From an uncultured Pelagibacteraceae bacterium (GTDB taxonomy: Bacteria > Pseudomonadota > Alphaproteobacteria > Pelagibacterales > Pelagibacteraceae): DNA of 64,000 nt. The notes below the pieces were generated by a model. That model saw nothing but the letters and a program-made list of their open reading frames with translations, searched no databases and was not told the DNA's origin. The stretch lies in NCBI GenBank assembly GCA_902594915.1, contig CACJOA010000003.1, positions 4,061 to 68,060 of the forward strand, in the 5' to 3' direction. This document shows, piece by piece, positions 21,167-31,155 of this stretch (position 1 is its first letter; every line of letters begins with the position of its first letter). The translations under genes were made by a program, and so were the position numbers.

Positions 21167-21794
21167 AGTTCCTAAATATTGGGATTCTGCTAAATTATAT
21201 TTATCAAAAAAAGATAGAGTCATTGCTATGTTAATAAAAAAATATAAAAGTCCAACAGAAATAATTTTGAAATCTAGAAGAGATATATTTTATTCATTAT
21301 GCAAAAGTATAGTAGGGCAACAAATAAGTGTTGCAGCTGCTAATGCTGTCTTTTTAAAATTTAAAAAAAAATGTAACAATCGTATTAATCCTAAAAATGT
21401 CTCAAAACTTTCGTTTAATAAACTTAAAAAGTGTGGGTTAAGCAAACAAAAAGTTATTGGAATTAAAAATTTATCTAAACAAATTTTAGATGGGTCTTTT
21501 AATCCTAAACTTTTAAAAAAAATGAGTGATGAAGATGCAATCACTTATCTTTCGAGTTTAAGACAAATAGGAAGGTGGTCAGCGGAAATGATTTTACTTT
21601 TTACCTATAATAGACCTAATATTTGGCCTGTGCAGGATATTGGACTGTTAAGAGCTATTTCAAAAAATTACAAAAAAAAATATTTACCCCCAATAAATTT
21701 CGTAAATTTACTCAAGCGAAGGTTTTCACCATATTGTTCTGTTGCAACTTGGTATTTATGGAGAAGCATTGATCCTGAACCAATACAGTACTAA
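21159..21794 (+). CDS. alkA: DNA-3-methyladenine glycosylase II (HhH-GPD)
   Basis: IVGQQISVAAA, IGRWSAEM, P.QDIG, PYCSVATWYLW. Confidence 0.88.
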   Translation: MTKVPKYWDSAKLYLSKKDRVIAMLIKKYKSPTEIILKSRRDIFYSLCKSIVGQQISVAAANAVFLKFKKKCNNRINPKNVSKLSFNKLKKCGLSKQKVIGIKNLSKQILDGSFNPKLLKKMSDEDAITYLSSLRQIGRWSAEMILLFTYNRPNIWPVQDIGLLRAISKNYKKKYLPPINFVNLLKRRFSPYCSVATWYLWRSIDPEPIQY

Positions 21795-22081
21795 TTGCCT
21801 TCAACTATTTGATGATGTCTAATTACGTCACCTTCTAGGACATTATGAGCTTGTTGATAATCAATGGAGTCGTAGCATTCTAGAGCAGAATTGTAATTAG
21901 GAAATTCAACAACAATTACTCTTGGGGACACGATACCTTCATTTGTTCTATTTTTTCCGCCTCTAACAAGAAATTTTCCAGAAAATTTTTCTATAACTGG
22001 TTTAGCTCTTAATGCATATTCTTTTAACTTTTCTGCATCAATAATTTTTTCGTAAATACAGACCCAATAAGCTTTTTTCAT
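21791..22081 (-). CDS. DUF1330 domain protein
   Basis: GKFLVRGG, R.IVVEFP, Y.S.DYQ. Confidence 0.85.
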   Translation of the reverse strand: MKKAYWVCIYEKIIDAEKLKEYALRAKPVIEKFSGKFLVRGGKNRTNEGIVSPRVIVVEFPNYNSALECYDSIDYQQAHNVLEGDVIRHHQIVEGN

Positions 22082-23235
22082 TTAAAATATCCTTGTAAAA
22101 TTTTTTCATAAATTTTAGTTAGTTTTTTTAAATCTTTTAATGACACTGACTCATCTATTTTATGCATATTCTTTCCAACTAATCCGAATTCTAAGCAAGG
22201 AGATATTTTTCTGATAAATCTTGCATCGGATGTTCCTCCGGTTGTGGATAATTTTGGATTAATTTTAGTTATTTTTTTTACAATTTTTTGTATCATATAG
22301 GTTGTATTATCCGGTTTAGTTATAAATGCCTCTCCTGAAACTTTATAATTTATCTTATATTTAGATTTATTTTTTTTACTTACTTTTTGGAAAATTTTAT
22401 TGATTTTCTTTTTAATTGAACTTGATGAATGTATATTATTAAATCTGACATTAAAAGTAGCTTCTGCTGACTGAGGAATTATATTATCAGCCGTGTTACT
22501 TATATTAATCTTAGTAACCTCCAGGTTAGTTGGTTGAAAATCTTTTGTGCCTTTATCAAATTTAATAGTTTTGAGCTCATTTAAAATTTTTACTATTGTA
22601 GTCGATGGATTATTTGCTTTATCTGGATAAGCAACATGACCTTGAACACCATCGACTATTAGGTTTCCCGTTAAACTACCTCTTCGACCTATTTTTATCA
22701 TTTCGCCTAACTTATTCGGATTAGTTGGCTCTCCAACTAAACAAAAATTTATTTTTTCTCTTTTTCTTTTCAAATAATCCACAACTTTTTTTGTACCATT
22801 TACTGCATCACCTTCTTCATCTCCAGTTATTAAGAGACTTATAGATCCGTTAAATTTTTTATTTGTAGATATAAAACCACTCATTGCTGATATAAAAGCT
22901 GCTATAGAGCTTTTCATGTCATTAGCGCCTCTACCAATTAGATGACCATTTTTAACCAATGGTTTAAAAGGATCTCCTGTCCAACTAATAATATCTCCGG
23001 GTGGTACCACATCTACATGTCCAGCAAAACAAAAGTTTGGAGGTTTATTTCCAAGTCGCGCATATAAATTTTTGACAGGGCTAAAATTTTTTTCTTTGAA
23101 TTCAATTATTTTAGTTTTAAATCCAAGTTTTTTTAATTTTTTTTCTATGAAAGCCATAACGCCTGCATCAACAGGTGTGATAGACGGGAATTTAATTAGC
23201 TCTTTAGCCAGCTTTATTTCGTTTAAAATTGTCAT
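22078..23235 (-). CDS. dapE: Succinyl-diaminopimelate desuccinylase
   Basis: FAGHVDVVPPG, GRGANDMK, GDEEG, GRRGS, GGTSDARF. Confidence 0.97.
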   Translation of the reverse strand: MTILNEIKLAKELIKFPSITPVDAGVMAFIEKKLKKLGFKTKIIEFKEKNFSPVKNLYARLGNKPPNFCFAGHVDVVPPGDIISWTGDPFKPLVKNGHLIGRGANDMKSSIAAFISAMSGFISTNKKFNGSISLLITGDEEGDAVNGTKKVVDYLKRKREKINFCLVGEPTNPNKLGEMIKIGRRGSLTGNLIVDGVQGHVAYPDKANNPSTTIVKILNELKTIKFDKGTKDFQPTNLEVTKINISNTADNIIPQSAEATFNVRFNNIHSSSSIKKKINKIFQKVSKKNKSKYKINYKVSGEAFITKPDNTTYMIQKIVKKITKINPKLSTTGGTSDARFIRKISPCLEFGLVGKNMHKIDESVSLKDLKKLTKIYEKILQGYFK

Positions 23236-23239
23236 TAAT

Positions 23240-24067
23240 TTATTCTCTTAATAGATCATTTACAGATGTCTTTGATCTCGTTTTTTCATCTACTTGCTTA
23301 ATTATTACTGCGCAATTTAACGATGGCTTAGTTGCATCATTTTTATCTGGTAATGAACCTGGAACAACAACAGAATATGGTGGAATTTTACCATATGTAA
23401 TTTTTCCTGTTTTTCTATCAACAATTTTTGTTGATTGACCTATATACATTCCCATACTTAAAACAGAACCCTCTTCTACAATTACTCCTTCAACTACTTC
23501 AGACATGGCTCCTAAAAAAACATTGTCCTCAATTATTGTTGGTAATGCTTGAGCTGGCTCTAATACACCTCCGACCCCAGATCCAGCCGAGATATGACAA
23601 TTCTTGCCAATTTGGCAACAACTACCAGCTCTTGCAAAAGTATCAATCATCGTTCCTTCATCGATAAACGCACCTATATTAACATAACAAGGCATCAGCA
23701 CTGCATTTTTTCCTATGTAGGATCCTTTTCTTACGGGTGAATTCGGTACCATTCTGAAACCAGCTTTTTCGTGATCTGCTTTAGACCATCCAGCTGTCTT
23801 CCCTTTTAATAAATGTGCTTTGTCGTACCAACTTGAATAAGGTCCATTTAAGTTTTCCATAGGATAAATTCTAAAACTTAACATAATTGCTTTTTTTAAA
23901 TATTGGTGGGTAATCCACTGGCCATTAATTTTTTCAGCAACCCTTGATTTTCCATTATCTAAGTCATTAATAACTTGATTTATAGCATCCTTTAAAGATT
24001 GATCTGAATTTTGATTTACCTGATCTTTATTTTCCCAAGCATCATTTATAATTTTTTCTAAAGACAT
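23240..24067 (-). CDS. dapD: Tetrahydrodipicolinate N-succinyltransferase
   Basis: KKAIMLSF, GGVLEP, CAVIIK..DEKTRSKT..NDLLR. Confidence 0.97.
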   Translation of the reverse strand: MSLEKIINDAWENKDQVNQNSDQSLKDAINQVINDLDNGKSRVAEKINGQWITHQYLKKAIMLSFRIYPMENLNGPYSSWYDKAHLLKGKTAGWSKADHEKAGFRMVPNSPVRKGSYIGKNAVLMPCYVNIGAFIDEGTMIDTFARAGSCCQIGKNCHISAGSGVGGVLEPAQALPTIIEDNVFLGAMSEVVEGVIVEEGSVLSMGMYIGQSTKIVDRKTGKITYGKIPPYSVVVPGSLPDKNDATKPSLNCAVIIKQVDEKTRSKTSVNDLLRE

Positions 24068-24070
24068 AAT

Positions 24071-24760
24071 CTAAGTACTTTTTAATAACCTTATTTCTTT
24101 AAGAAATAAAGATAGATTTTCAATTTTGTGAGAAATATAATTTTTATCAGAGTCCATTTTTCCGAAATGCTCATCATTAATTAGCCAAACAGTTGTGCAT
24201 CCTCTCTCATACCCAATGCTAAGATTTTTAGCGATATCTTCAATGTAAATTGTCTCTTTTGGATTTATTCCGAATTTTTTTATCATTAAATCAAATGTTT
24301 TAGCTTCAGGCTTTGGAATATATCCTGCATCTTGAATATCGAAGACTTTTTCTCTTCCAAATAAGTCATATATACCAAGATGAGTTAAAATATTTTTAGC
24401 ATGCTCAGCACTACCGTTGGTAAATATAAACTTTTCCATATCTAGTTTTTCAAGTTCATTTCTCATGATTTTATCTTGCTTCATAAATGTAAGGTCAATA
24501 GTATGAACATACTTTAAAAATTCTTGAGGCTGTATGTCGTGATGTATCATAAGACCATTTAAACTTGTGTTATATTTGTAAAAATAATTCGTTTGAAGTT
24601 TTTTAGCAGCATCAATGTCAATTTTTAGTTTTTCCGAAATAAATTTCGTCATTCTTTTTGAAACTTGTCCAAAAACTTTTTCTAGAGAATAATTGTTATG
24701 TTTTCCATAGCAGACACCGTCAAGATCTAAAAGAAGATATTTTTTTTCTTTAAAATTCAT
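24071..24760 (-). CDS. HAD-family pyrimidine 5'-nucleotidase
   Basis: DLDG, FTNG, PKP, ED...NL; usual position between argB and dapD. Confidence 0.85.
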   Translation of the reverse strand: MNFKEKKYLLLDLDGVCYGKHNNYSLEKVFGQVSKRMTKFISEKLKIDIDAAKKLQTNYFYKYNTSLNGLMIHHDIQPQEFLKYVHTIDLTFMKQDKIMRNELEKLDMEKFIFTNGSAEHAKNILTHLGIYDLFGREKVFDIQDAGYIPKPEAKTFDLMIKKFGINPKETIYIEDIAKNLSIGYERGCTTVWLINDEHFGKMDSDKNYISHKIENLSLFLKEIRLLKST

Positions 24761-25623
24761 TTTCTTATCAATGTACCGGAGCCTTTATCTGAAAGTAATT
24801 CAAATAATATTGAATGTTTTTTTCTTCCATCAATGATAACTACTCCTTTTACTCCATTACTAGCAACATCTAAACAGTTTTTAATTTTTGGAATCATCCC
24901 GCCAGTAATAGTTTTATTTGATATTAAAAAATTAATCTTATCAGTATTTATTTCAGACATTAATTTTTTATTAGTATCTAATACACCCTCAACGTCACTC
25001 ATTATTATTAACCTTCTAGCATTGAGTTTTTTTGCTATTGCGCTCGCAGCCGTATCTGCATTTATATTAAAAACATTCTTATTCTCATCTAAGCCCAAAG
25101 GAGCAATGACGGGCACCTTTTTGTCTCTAACAATTTCATCAATTATTGACTGGTTGATTTTCGTGGGCATACCTACGTAGCCAAGATTAATATTCTCTTG
25201 CATAACCGAAATAATATTTTTTTTTCTATTGGTTATACTTTGGCTACCACATCCTTTTTTTTCTAAAGCATCTGTAATTTCTTCATTGAAGGTATTAAGA
25301 ACTTTTTCAACAACAATAATTGAGTTTTGATCCGTAACTCTTAATCCATTTATAAATTTACTTTTAATTCCATTTAGCTCTAATTCGCTAGAAATTCTTT
25401 TACCTCCGCCATGTATTATTATTGGAATAAAGCCCAATTTATTTAGAATCGAAATGTTGCTAATAAAATTATCAAATAGATTTTTATCTATAAGAACACT
25501 ACCACCACATTTTATGACAATATACTCGTCATTATACTTATCTAAATATTTTTTTACCTCTTCAAAAGAAGGACCTTCAGTTGGCAATAATTTCTTTAAG
25601 TCTTGTTCTTTAATATTCACCAT
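24757..25623 (-). CDS. argB: Acetylglutamate kinase
   Basis: VIKCGG, HGGG, GLRVTD, NINAD, GGMIPK. Confidence 0.96.
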   Translation of the reverse strand: MVNIKEQDLKKLLPTEGPSFEEVKKYLDKYNDEYIVIKCGGSVLIDKNLFDNFISNISILNKLGFIPIIIHGGGKRISSELELNGIKSKFINGLRVTDQNSIIVVEKVLNTFNEEITDALEKKGCGSQSITNRKKNIISVMQENINLGYVGMPTKINQSIIDEIVRDKKVPVIAPLGLDENKNVFNINADTAASAIAKKLNARRLIIMSDVEGVLDTNKKLMSEINTDKINFLISNKTITGGMIPKIKNCLDVASNGVKGVVIIDGRKKHSILFELLSDKGSGTLIRK

Positions 25624-27302
25624 TAATTTGTTGTTTTAACCGTTGTTCTCTTCATAATAAAAACTTGTTGGGCCATGGTTAAAACGTTATTTATTGTCCA
25701 ATAAATTACTAATCCGCTTGGGAACGGAGCAAGTATAACAGTTAAAAAAAGTGGAAAAAACATGAATATTTTTGCTTGCATTGGATCTGTAGGTGCAGGA
25801 TTGAGTTTTTGTTGTATCCACATTGAGACACCCATCGCAACTGGCCATGCTCCTATTATTAAGAATGATGGAACATCATAAGGCAATAAACCGAATAGAT
25901 TAAATATACTAGTTGGATCTCTTTCACTTAAATCCTGTATCCACCCGTAAAATGGCATTTGTCTCATTTCGATAGTAACAAATAAAACTTTATAAAGTGC
26001 AAAGAAAACAGGTATTTGCACAAGTATAGGCAAACACCCAGACATTGGGTTTACCTTTTCTTTTTTGTATAATGCCATCATTTCTTGCTGTAGTTTCATT
26101 TTATCCTCTTTGTGCAGTTCTTTTAGTCTTACCATTTCTGGCTGAAGCGCTTTCATTTTAGCCATACTTCTAAAAGAGAAATTTGCTAATGGAAAAAAAG
26201 CTAAACGAATACAAATCGTGATAGCAATAATGGCTAAACCGTAGTTACCTAAAAGTTTAAAAAAGTAATCAATTCCAAAAAATAATGGTTTTGTGATAAA
26301 ATATAAAAAGCCCCAATCAATAACTAAATCAAATTTATCAATATTTAAATTTTCAGCATAACCATCAATAACGTCAACTCTTTTAGCAGCAACAATAACT
26401 CTTAAATTATCCTCAATAGAGCTATTTTGGTTTAATTCTAAAGGTTTGGTCGTAATGAAATTAGCTCTGAATTTGTTTTTATAATCAAAAGTAGTTTTAA
26501 ATTCTTTATCTTTAGGAGGTATTATCGAAGCTACAAAATATTTATCTCCAACACCAAGCCAACCCTTCTGTGCCGTTTTTGAAAACTTTTGATCCTGTAT
26601 ATCATCATAATCCTCTTCAATAAGCTCACCGTCCAAAGTTGCTATAGGGCCTTCATGAAGAATATAGAAATTTGACAAACCATCTGGAATTTTATTTCTT
26701 ATTATTTGACCATAAGAATAAAAATCATATTTTTTATTGGTTGAATTTATTACTCTTTGGTTGATTGTGAACAAAAATTTTTCATCAAGAGAGATTTCTT
26801 TTTCAAATGTGATACCTTGTTTATTGCTCCAAGATAATTTTATTGGGGATTGATTTGTTAAAGTATCATTCCCCACAATTGACCAGATGGTATCTGAATT
26901 TGGGATATCTATATTTTTGTCTGTGGAAACAAACCCGCTCTCTATTAAATAACCATCCTTAAAGTTTCTTGGTCCTAATAAAACAACTCTTTCATCACTT
27001 TGTAAATTTATTTTATATTCTTTAAAAGTTAAATCATCAATAACAGCACCTTTTAAAGATATTGATCCTACGATACTTTGATTTTCAAATCTTAATCTTT
27101 CGCTACTTTTTAAAGCTTCTTCGCGAGAAATCTCAATTTTAGTCTCATTTTGATCTAGCGCAGGTGTATCATTATTTTTTTCAATTTTACTCTCAGCTAT
27201 ATTTTTTTGTTGTGTCGATTTCTCTGGAATGAAGAATAAAGAATATAAAACAATTACCGCTGATGATAAAGCTATTGCTGCTATAACGTTTTTCGAGTCC
27301 AT
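25623..27302 (-). CDS. yidC: Membrane protein insertase YidC
   Basis: IDWG, GNYGLAII, NPMSGCLP, GLVIYW. Confidence 0.98.
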   Translation of the reverse strand: MDSKNVIAAIALSSAVIVLYSLFFIPEKSTQQKNIAESKIEKNNDTPALDQNETKIEISREEALKSSERLRFENQSIVGSISLKGAVIDDLTFKEYKINLQSDERVVLLGPRNFKDGYLIESGFVSTDKNIDIPNSDTIWSIVGNDTLTNQSPIKLSWSNKQGITFEKEISLDEKFLFTINQRVINSTNKKYDFYSYGQIIRNKIPDGLSNFYILHEGPIATLDGELIEEDYDDIQDQKFSKTAQKGWLGVGDKYFVASIIPPKDKEFKTTFDYKNKFRANFITTKPLELNQNSSIEDNLRVIVAAKRVDVIDGYAENLNIDKFDLVIDWGFLYFITKPLFFGIDYFFKLLGNYGLAIIAITICIRLAFFPLANFSFRSMAKMKALQPEMVRLKELHKEDKMKLQQEMMALYKKEKVNPMSGCLPILVQIPVFFALYKVLFVTIEMRQMPFYGWIQDLSERDPTSIFNLFGLLPYDVPSFLIIGAWPVAMGVSMWIQQKLNPAPTDPMQAKIFMFFPLFLTVILAPFPSGLVIYWTINNVLTMAQQVFIMKRTTVKTTN

Positions 27303-27559
27303 TATTTTTTATTTTTTACCTTTTTAATTACAGGATCAAATCCTTCTCCTCCACCTAAAAATCTGATTGGATGGCAAGATAATATTCTTTTTAAACTTTT
27401 AAAAAGACCTTTAAATAATCCAAATTTTTTAAAAGACTCAATACTATAGTCGGAACAAGAGGGAAAATATCTACAAGAGTTGCCAAATAGGGGACTTATC
27501 AAAAATTTATATACTTTTATTGTACTTATAATAATATTATTTAAGCTATTCATTATCAT
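27302..27559 (-). CDS. yidD: Membrane protein insertion efficiency factor YidD
   Basis: ISP....[18 protein letters not shown]. Confidence 0.95.
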   Translation of the reverse strand: MIMNSLNNIIISTIKVYKFLISPLFGNSCRYFPSCSDYSIESFKKFGLFKGLFKSLKRILSCHPIRFLGGGEGFDPVIKKVKNKK

Positions 27560-27894
27560 TTAATATTTTTTAATTCTTGAAACAAAGTTTCTTTAATATT
27601 TGTATATTCTTTATCTAACATGTTTGCCTTAGCAATAACAAGATATGAATAATTAAATTTGATAGGTATTTTTTTTACTGCGTCATTAATTATATTTCGC
27701 AATCTTCTTTTTATTTTATTTCTCTTAACAGCATTACCAATTTTTTTCTTAGCTACAAAACTAATGTTTAAATTATTATTATTTTTTTTTAAATTGCCAA
27801 AAAAAATAGTTACATATCTATTTGATACTTTTTTTTTGTTTAGTAGTTCTTTAAATTCGTTATTATGCGAAAGAGCAATTATTTTGCTTTTCAT
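27556..27894 (-). CDS. rnpA: RNase P protein component
   Basis: [18 protein letters not shown] motif. Confidence 0.95.
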   Translation of the reverse strand: MKSKIIALSHNNEFKELLNKKKVSNRYVTIFFGNLKKNNNNLNISFVAKKKIGNAVKRNKIKRRLRNIINDAVKKIPIKFNYSYLVIAKANMLDKEYTNIKETLFQELKNIK

Positions 27895-27898
27895 TGAT

Positions 27899-28039
27899 TT
27901 AACTAGAAACTGTTAATGATTTTCTACCTCTAGCACGTCTTCTTGCTAAAAGCTTTTTTCCGCCTCTAGTTTTCATTTTTGATCTAAAACCGTGTTTTCT
28001 GGCTCTTTTAATTTTCGAGGGTTGATATGTTCTTTTCAT
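27899..28039 (-). CDS. rpmH: 50S ribosomal protein L34 (below ORF-track size cut-off)
   Basis: Manual translation: [46 protein letters not shown]. Confidence 0.99.
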   Translation of the reverse strand: MKRTYQPSKIKRARKHGFRSKMKTRGGKKLLARRRARGRKSLTVSS

Positions 28040-28128
28040 AAATGTGGTTAAATAATTATAAAATCCCGCTCTTTATAATAATTAAATATATAAATAGCAA
28101 ATAGAAGATTTTATAATATCAATAACAA

Positions 28129-28851
28129 ATGATGGAAAAAGCAAAAAAAATTAAATTATTTATTGGGTTGTTTTATTTATTGCTTGTAGTGTTATTTTTG
28201 TATTTTCTTTTTTCAAAATTTAGCTTTCAAGAAGTTACTAGTTATGACTTCATAAAAAATAATAGGAATTATTTTTTTAAATTGAAAGAGACAAATCTAT
28301 TTTTATTGGCTCTTTTATTTTTTATATTTACTATCATCTGGGTTTTAGCAGCTGGATTTGGGTCACCAGTTGCAATATTTGCAGGATTTATATTTGGGAA
28401 ATGGATTGGCGTATTAATCGTGGTATTTGGATTGTCTATTGGTGCAATATTACTCTATATTTTCGCAAATTATTTTTTAAAAAATATAATAAGAGAAAAA
28501 TTCTTGAACAAGTATCAAAATCTAGAAATTAAATTTAAAAAATCTGAATTTTTTTATTTGCTATTATATAGATTTATAGGAGGAATACCTTTTGCGATAT
28601 CAAATGTTCTACCATGTATATTTAATGTCAAAATTTCCAATTTTTTTTTTGCAACTTTAATTGGGATAACACCTCAACTTTTTTTAGTTTGTTCATTAGG
28701 AAGTGGTTTAGAAAAAATTATTGATCAAAATTTAGAAACACCTAACCTGGTTCAATTGATATCATCACCAGATATTTATATCCCCCTAGTAATTTTTATG
28801 TGTCTCGTTATTATTACATTCTTTTTGAAAAAAATATTGTATAAAAATTAA
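28129..28851 (+). CDS. VTT/TVP38 (DedA superfamily) membrane protein
   Basis: GFIFG..IG, GA...Y, R..GGIPF...N, F.ATLIGI.P. Confidence 0.85.
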   Translation: MMEKAKKIKLFIGLFYLLLVVLFLYFLFSKFSFQEVTSYDFIKNNRNYFFKLKETNLFLLALLFFIFTIIWVLAAGFGSPVAIFAGFIFGKWIGVLIVVFGLSIGAILLYIFANYFLKNIIREKFLNKYQNLEIKFKKSEFFYLLLYRFIGGIPFAISNVLPCIFNVKISNFFFATLIGITPQLFLVCSLGSGLEKIIDQNLETPNLVQLISSPDIYIPLVIFMCLVIITFFLKKILYKN

Positions 28852-30120
28852 ATGCAAAAAATTAATATAAAAAATAAGTTCTTATTTTTTATATTATTTA
28901 ACATTTTTTATTCTGTATTTTATTTATATTATAAACATGAAGTTGGTAATGATACTTCAATATCTGAATGGTTAATAAACTATCAAGGAGGTTTTACAAG
29001 AAGAGGATTAGGTGGAGAGATAAATATTTTTTTAGCAAAAATAACGACTCTTAATTTAAGAGACGCAATTTTTTTTTTTCAATCATTTATTCATATAATT
29101 TATTTATTATTTGTTTATTTTTTTTTAAAAAACATAAAATTAAATATATTTCAAATATTTGCTTTATTCTCACCATTGTTTCTTCTATATCCTATTGCTG
29201 AATTAGAGGCGTTAGGTCGTAAAGAAATTTTAATTTTTCTTTTTTTTGTTTCAATTTTGTTATTATGTGAAAAAAAATTTAATCCAATTTATATTAATTC
29301 ATTTGTTTTTCTTTTTTTTCCGATTTTGACACTAATATGGGAGGAAATAACAATTTTTGCTCCATTTTTTTGCATAGTTATAATTTATGAAAATAAGTTA
29401 GTCTCTTTCAAAAATGTTTTAAAAAAACTTTTGATAATTTTTTTTCCAACAATTTTAACTTTACTTTTTATTTTTTTAAATCCATTAAGTCTTGAGGGAC
29501 ATAGTCAAATGTGCGACTTCCTAAAGAATATTTTTGATGAAAAATGTTATATGTCTGCAGAATTATTGATAATAAATACAATTTATTTTGATACTTTTGA
29601 TGTGCATCAAGAAGTTAATTTTTTTCCAGAATATTTTAGATATATAATGATTTTTTTAATCGGATTTTTGCCTTTGCATTTGTCGATTAACAAAAATAAA
29701 TTTATAAATGAAGAAAATTTCATTACTAAAAATTTTAGGCCTATATGGTTATTTTTTACTTTATATTTTCCCGTTCTTCTTCTATTTGCTTTTGGGCATG
29801 ATTGGGGTAGGTGGATGCATATAATGTATTCGTTATCAATATTATTATATTTTTATTTGTTAAAAAATTCTTTAATTGAAAATATTTTTTACGAAAATTT
29901 TTTGAGTAAATTAATTTCAAAAAAAAAATTTTTACTTATACTGGTATTTTTTATTTTTGCTTTTTTCTGGAATCCAAAAACATTGATATCTGGAGATGTT
30001 GCAACAAATTCTTTATATAAAATTATTTATAATTCTAGCAAAATAATTTTTAATTATGATAGTATTAGAATATTTCAAAACAATCCTATAATTATATTTC
30101 ATAAAAAATTTATTGAGTAA
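28852..30120 (+). CDS. Polytopic membrane protein of unknown function (possible GT-C-like)
   Basis: About 10-12 hydrophobic segments with polar loops EWLINYQGGFTRRGLGG, RKE, WEE, DWGRW. Confidence 0.6.
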   Translation: MQKINIKNKFLFFILFNIFYSVFYLYYKHEVGNDTSISEWLINYQGGFTRRGLGGEINIFLAKITTLNLRDAIFFFQSFIHIIYLLFVYFFLKNIKLNIFQIFALFSPLFLLYPIAELEALGRKEILIFLFFVSILLLCEKKFNPIYINSFVFLFFPILTLIWEEITIFAPFFCIVIIYENKLVSFKNVLKKLLIIFFPTILTLLFIFLNPLSLEGHSQMCDFLKNIFDEKCYMSAELLIINTIYFDTFDVHQEVNFFPEYFRYIMIFLIGFLPLHLSINKNKFINEENFITKNFRPIWLFFTLYFPVLLLFAFGHDWGRWMHIMYSLSILLYFYLLKNSLIENIFYENFLSKLISKKKFLLILVFFIFAFFWNPKTLISGDVATNSLYKIIYNSSKIIFNYDSIRIFQNNPIIIFHKKFIE

Positions 30121-30127
30121 TTATTTG

Positions 30128-30201
30128 TGGTGCCCTCACCAAGAATCGAACTTGAGACTTATCCTTACCATGGATATGTTATACCATTTAACTATGAGGG
30201 C
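30128..30201 (-). tRNA. tRNA-Thr(GGT)
   Basis: Reverse complement GCCCTCA...TATCC-ATGGTAA-GGATA...GTTCGATTC...TGAGGGC-A-CCA folds as a cloverleaf. Confidence 0.96.
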
Positions 30202-30300
30202 ATTATGGTCAAGTTATTTTCATTGATAATAAAGCATTTTTTTCAAATTATTGCCTTAATTTTTTGATGAATATGATTTATATCTACCTAAGGATTTTTT

Positions 30301-30501
30301 ATGGGCATTCATTACGATTATAAATCAACAAAAAGCGCCAAGCTAATGGAAAAGCAAGCTAAAAGAGAGAGGAAATTAGCGGAAAAAAAAGCTAAAAGAT
30401 TAGCTAAAGAAGGTCCAAAAATTAAAGATGATAAGGCAAAATCTTTAGATGTCTCTAAACCTATAACTTTAGATTTTATCACTAATCCAAATAAAGAATG
30501 A
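30301..30501 (+). CDS. Small basic hypothetical protein (66 aa)
   Basis: AAGGA upstream of ATG; Lys/Arg/Ala-rich helix; first gene of the dcd-murA run. Confidence 0.7.
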   Translation: MGIHYDYKSTKSAKLMEKQAKRERKLAEKKAKRLAKEGPKIKDDKAKSLDVSKPITLDFITNPNKE

Positions 30502-30599
30502 AAATAAAAGATAAAAATGAGAGATTAAGTTTAGCTCTTAAGAAAAATTTGAAAAAAAGAAAAATATTTCAAAAAAAAAATAAAAAAAAAAGTAAATAA
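30498..30599 (+). CDS. Small basic protein (33 aa), not in ORF track
   Basis: [33 protein letters not shown]; ATGA overlap with upstream gene and TAATG overlap with dcd. Confidence 0.7.
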   Translation: MKIKDKNERLSLALKKNLKKRKIFQKKNKKKSK

Positions 30600-31153
30600 T
30601 GTCAGTTCTCTCAGACAAATGGATTAGAAAAATGTCAATAGAACATCAAATGATCACTCCATTTGAGGAAAAGCAAGTTAGAGGAAAAAGCATCTCTTAT
30701 GGTCTTTCATCTTTTGGCTATGATGCAAGAGTCGCAGATGAATTTAAAATATTTACCAATGTCAATTCTGAAATTGTTGACCCGAAAAATTTTAAACCAA
30801 CTAATTTTGTTACTAAAAATGTTTCTGAGTGTATTATTCCACCCAATTCATTTGTGTTAGCAAGAACTGTGGAAAAATTTAAAATTCCTAAAGACATTCT
30901 TGTAATTTGTTTGGGAAAATCAACATACGCTAGATGTGGTATAATAGTAAATGTTACTCCTTTAGAACCTGGTTGGGAAGGATATGTTACGCTTGAATTT
31001 TCTAACACTACACCTTTGCCAGCAAAAATTTATGCAAATGAGGGTGTTGCTCAATTTATTTTTTTAAAAGGAAACGAGAAACCCGAAGTTACTTATGCTG
31101 ATAGAGAAGGAAAGTATATGGGTCAAACTGGTGTAACTCTACCAAAAGTATAA
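30599..31153 (+). CDS. dcd: dCTP deaminase
   Basis: [38 protein letters not shown]. Confidence 0.98.
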   Translation: MSVLSDKWIRKMSIEHQMITPFEEKQVRGKSISYGLSSFGYDARVADEFKIFTNVNSEIVDPKNFKPTNFVTKNVSECIIPPNSFVLARTVEKFKIPKDILVICLGKSTYARCGIIVNVTPLEPGWEGYVTLEFSNTTPLPAKIYANEGVAQFIFLKGNEKPEVTYADREGKYMGQTGVTLPKV

Positions 31154-31155
31154 TT

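Noticed and set aside
28040-28128. Possible oriC upstream of rpmH (TGTGGTTAA, one mismatch to a DnaA box)
   Set aside because: Single imperfect box, 89-nt gap, no dnaA adjacent
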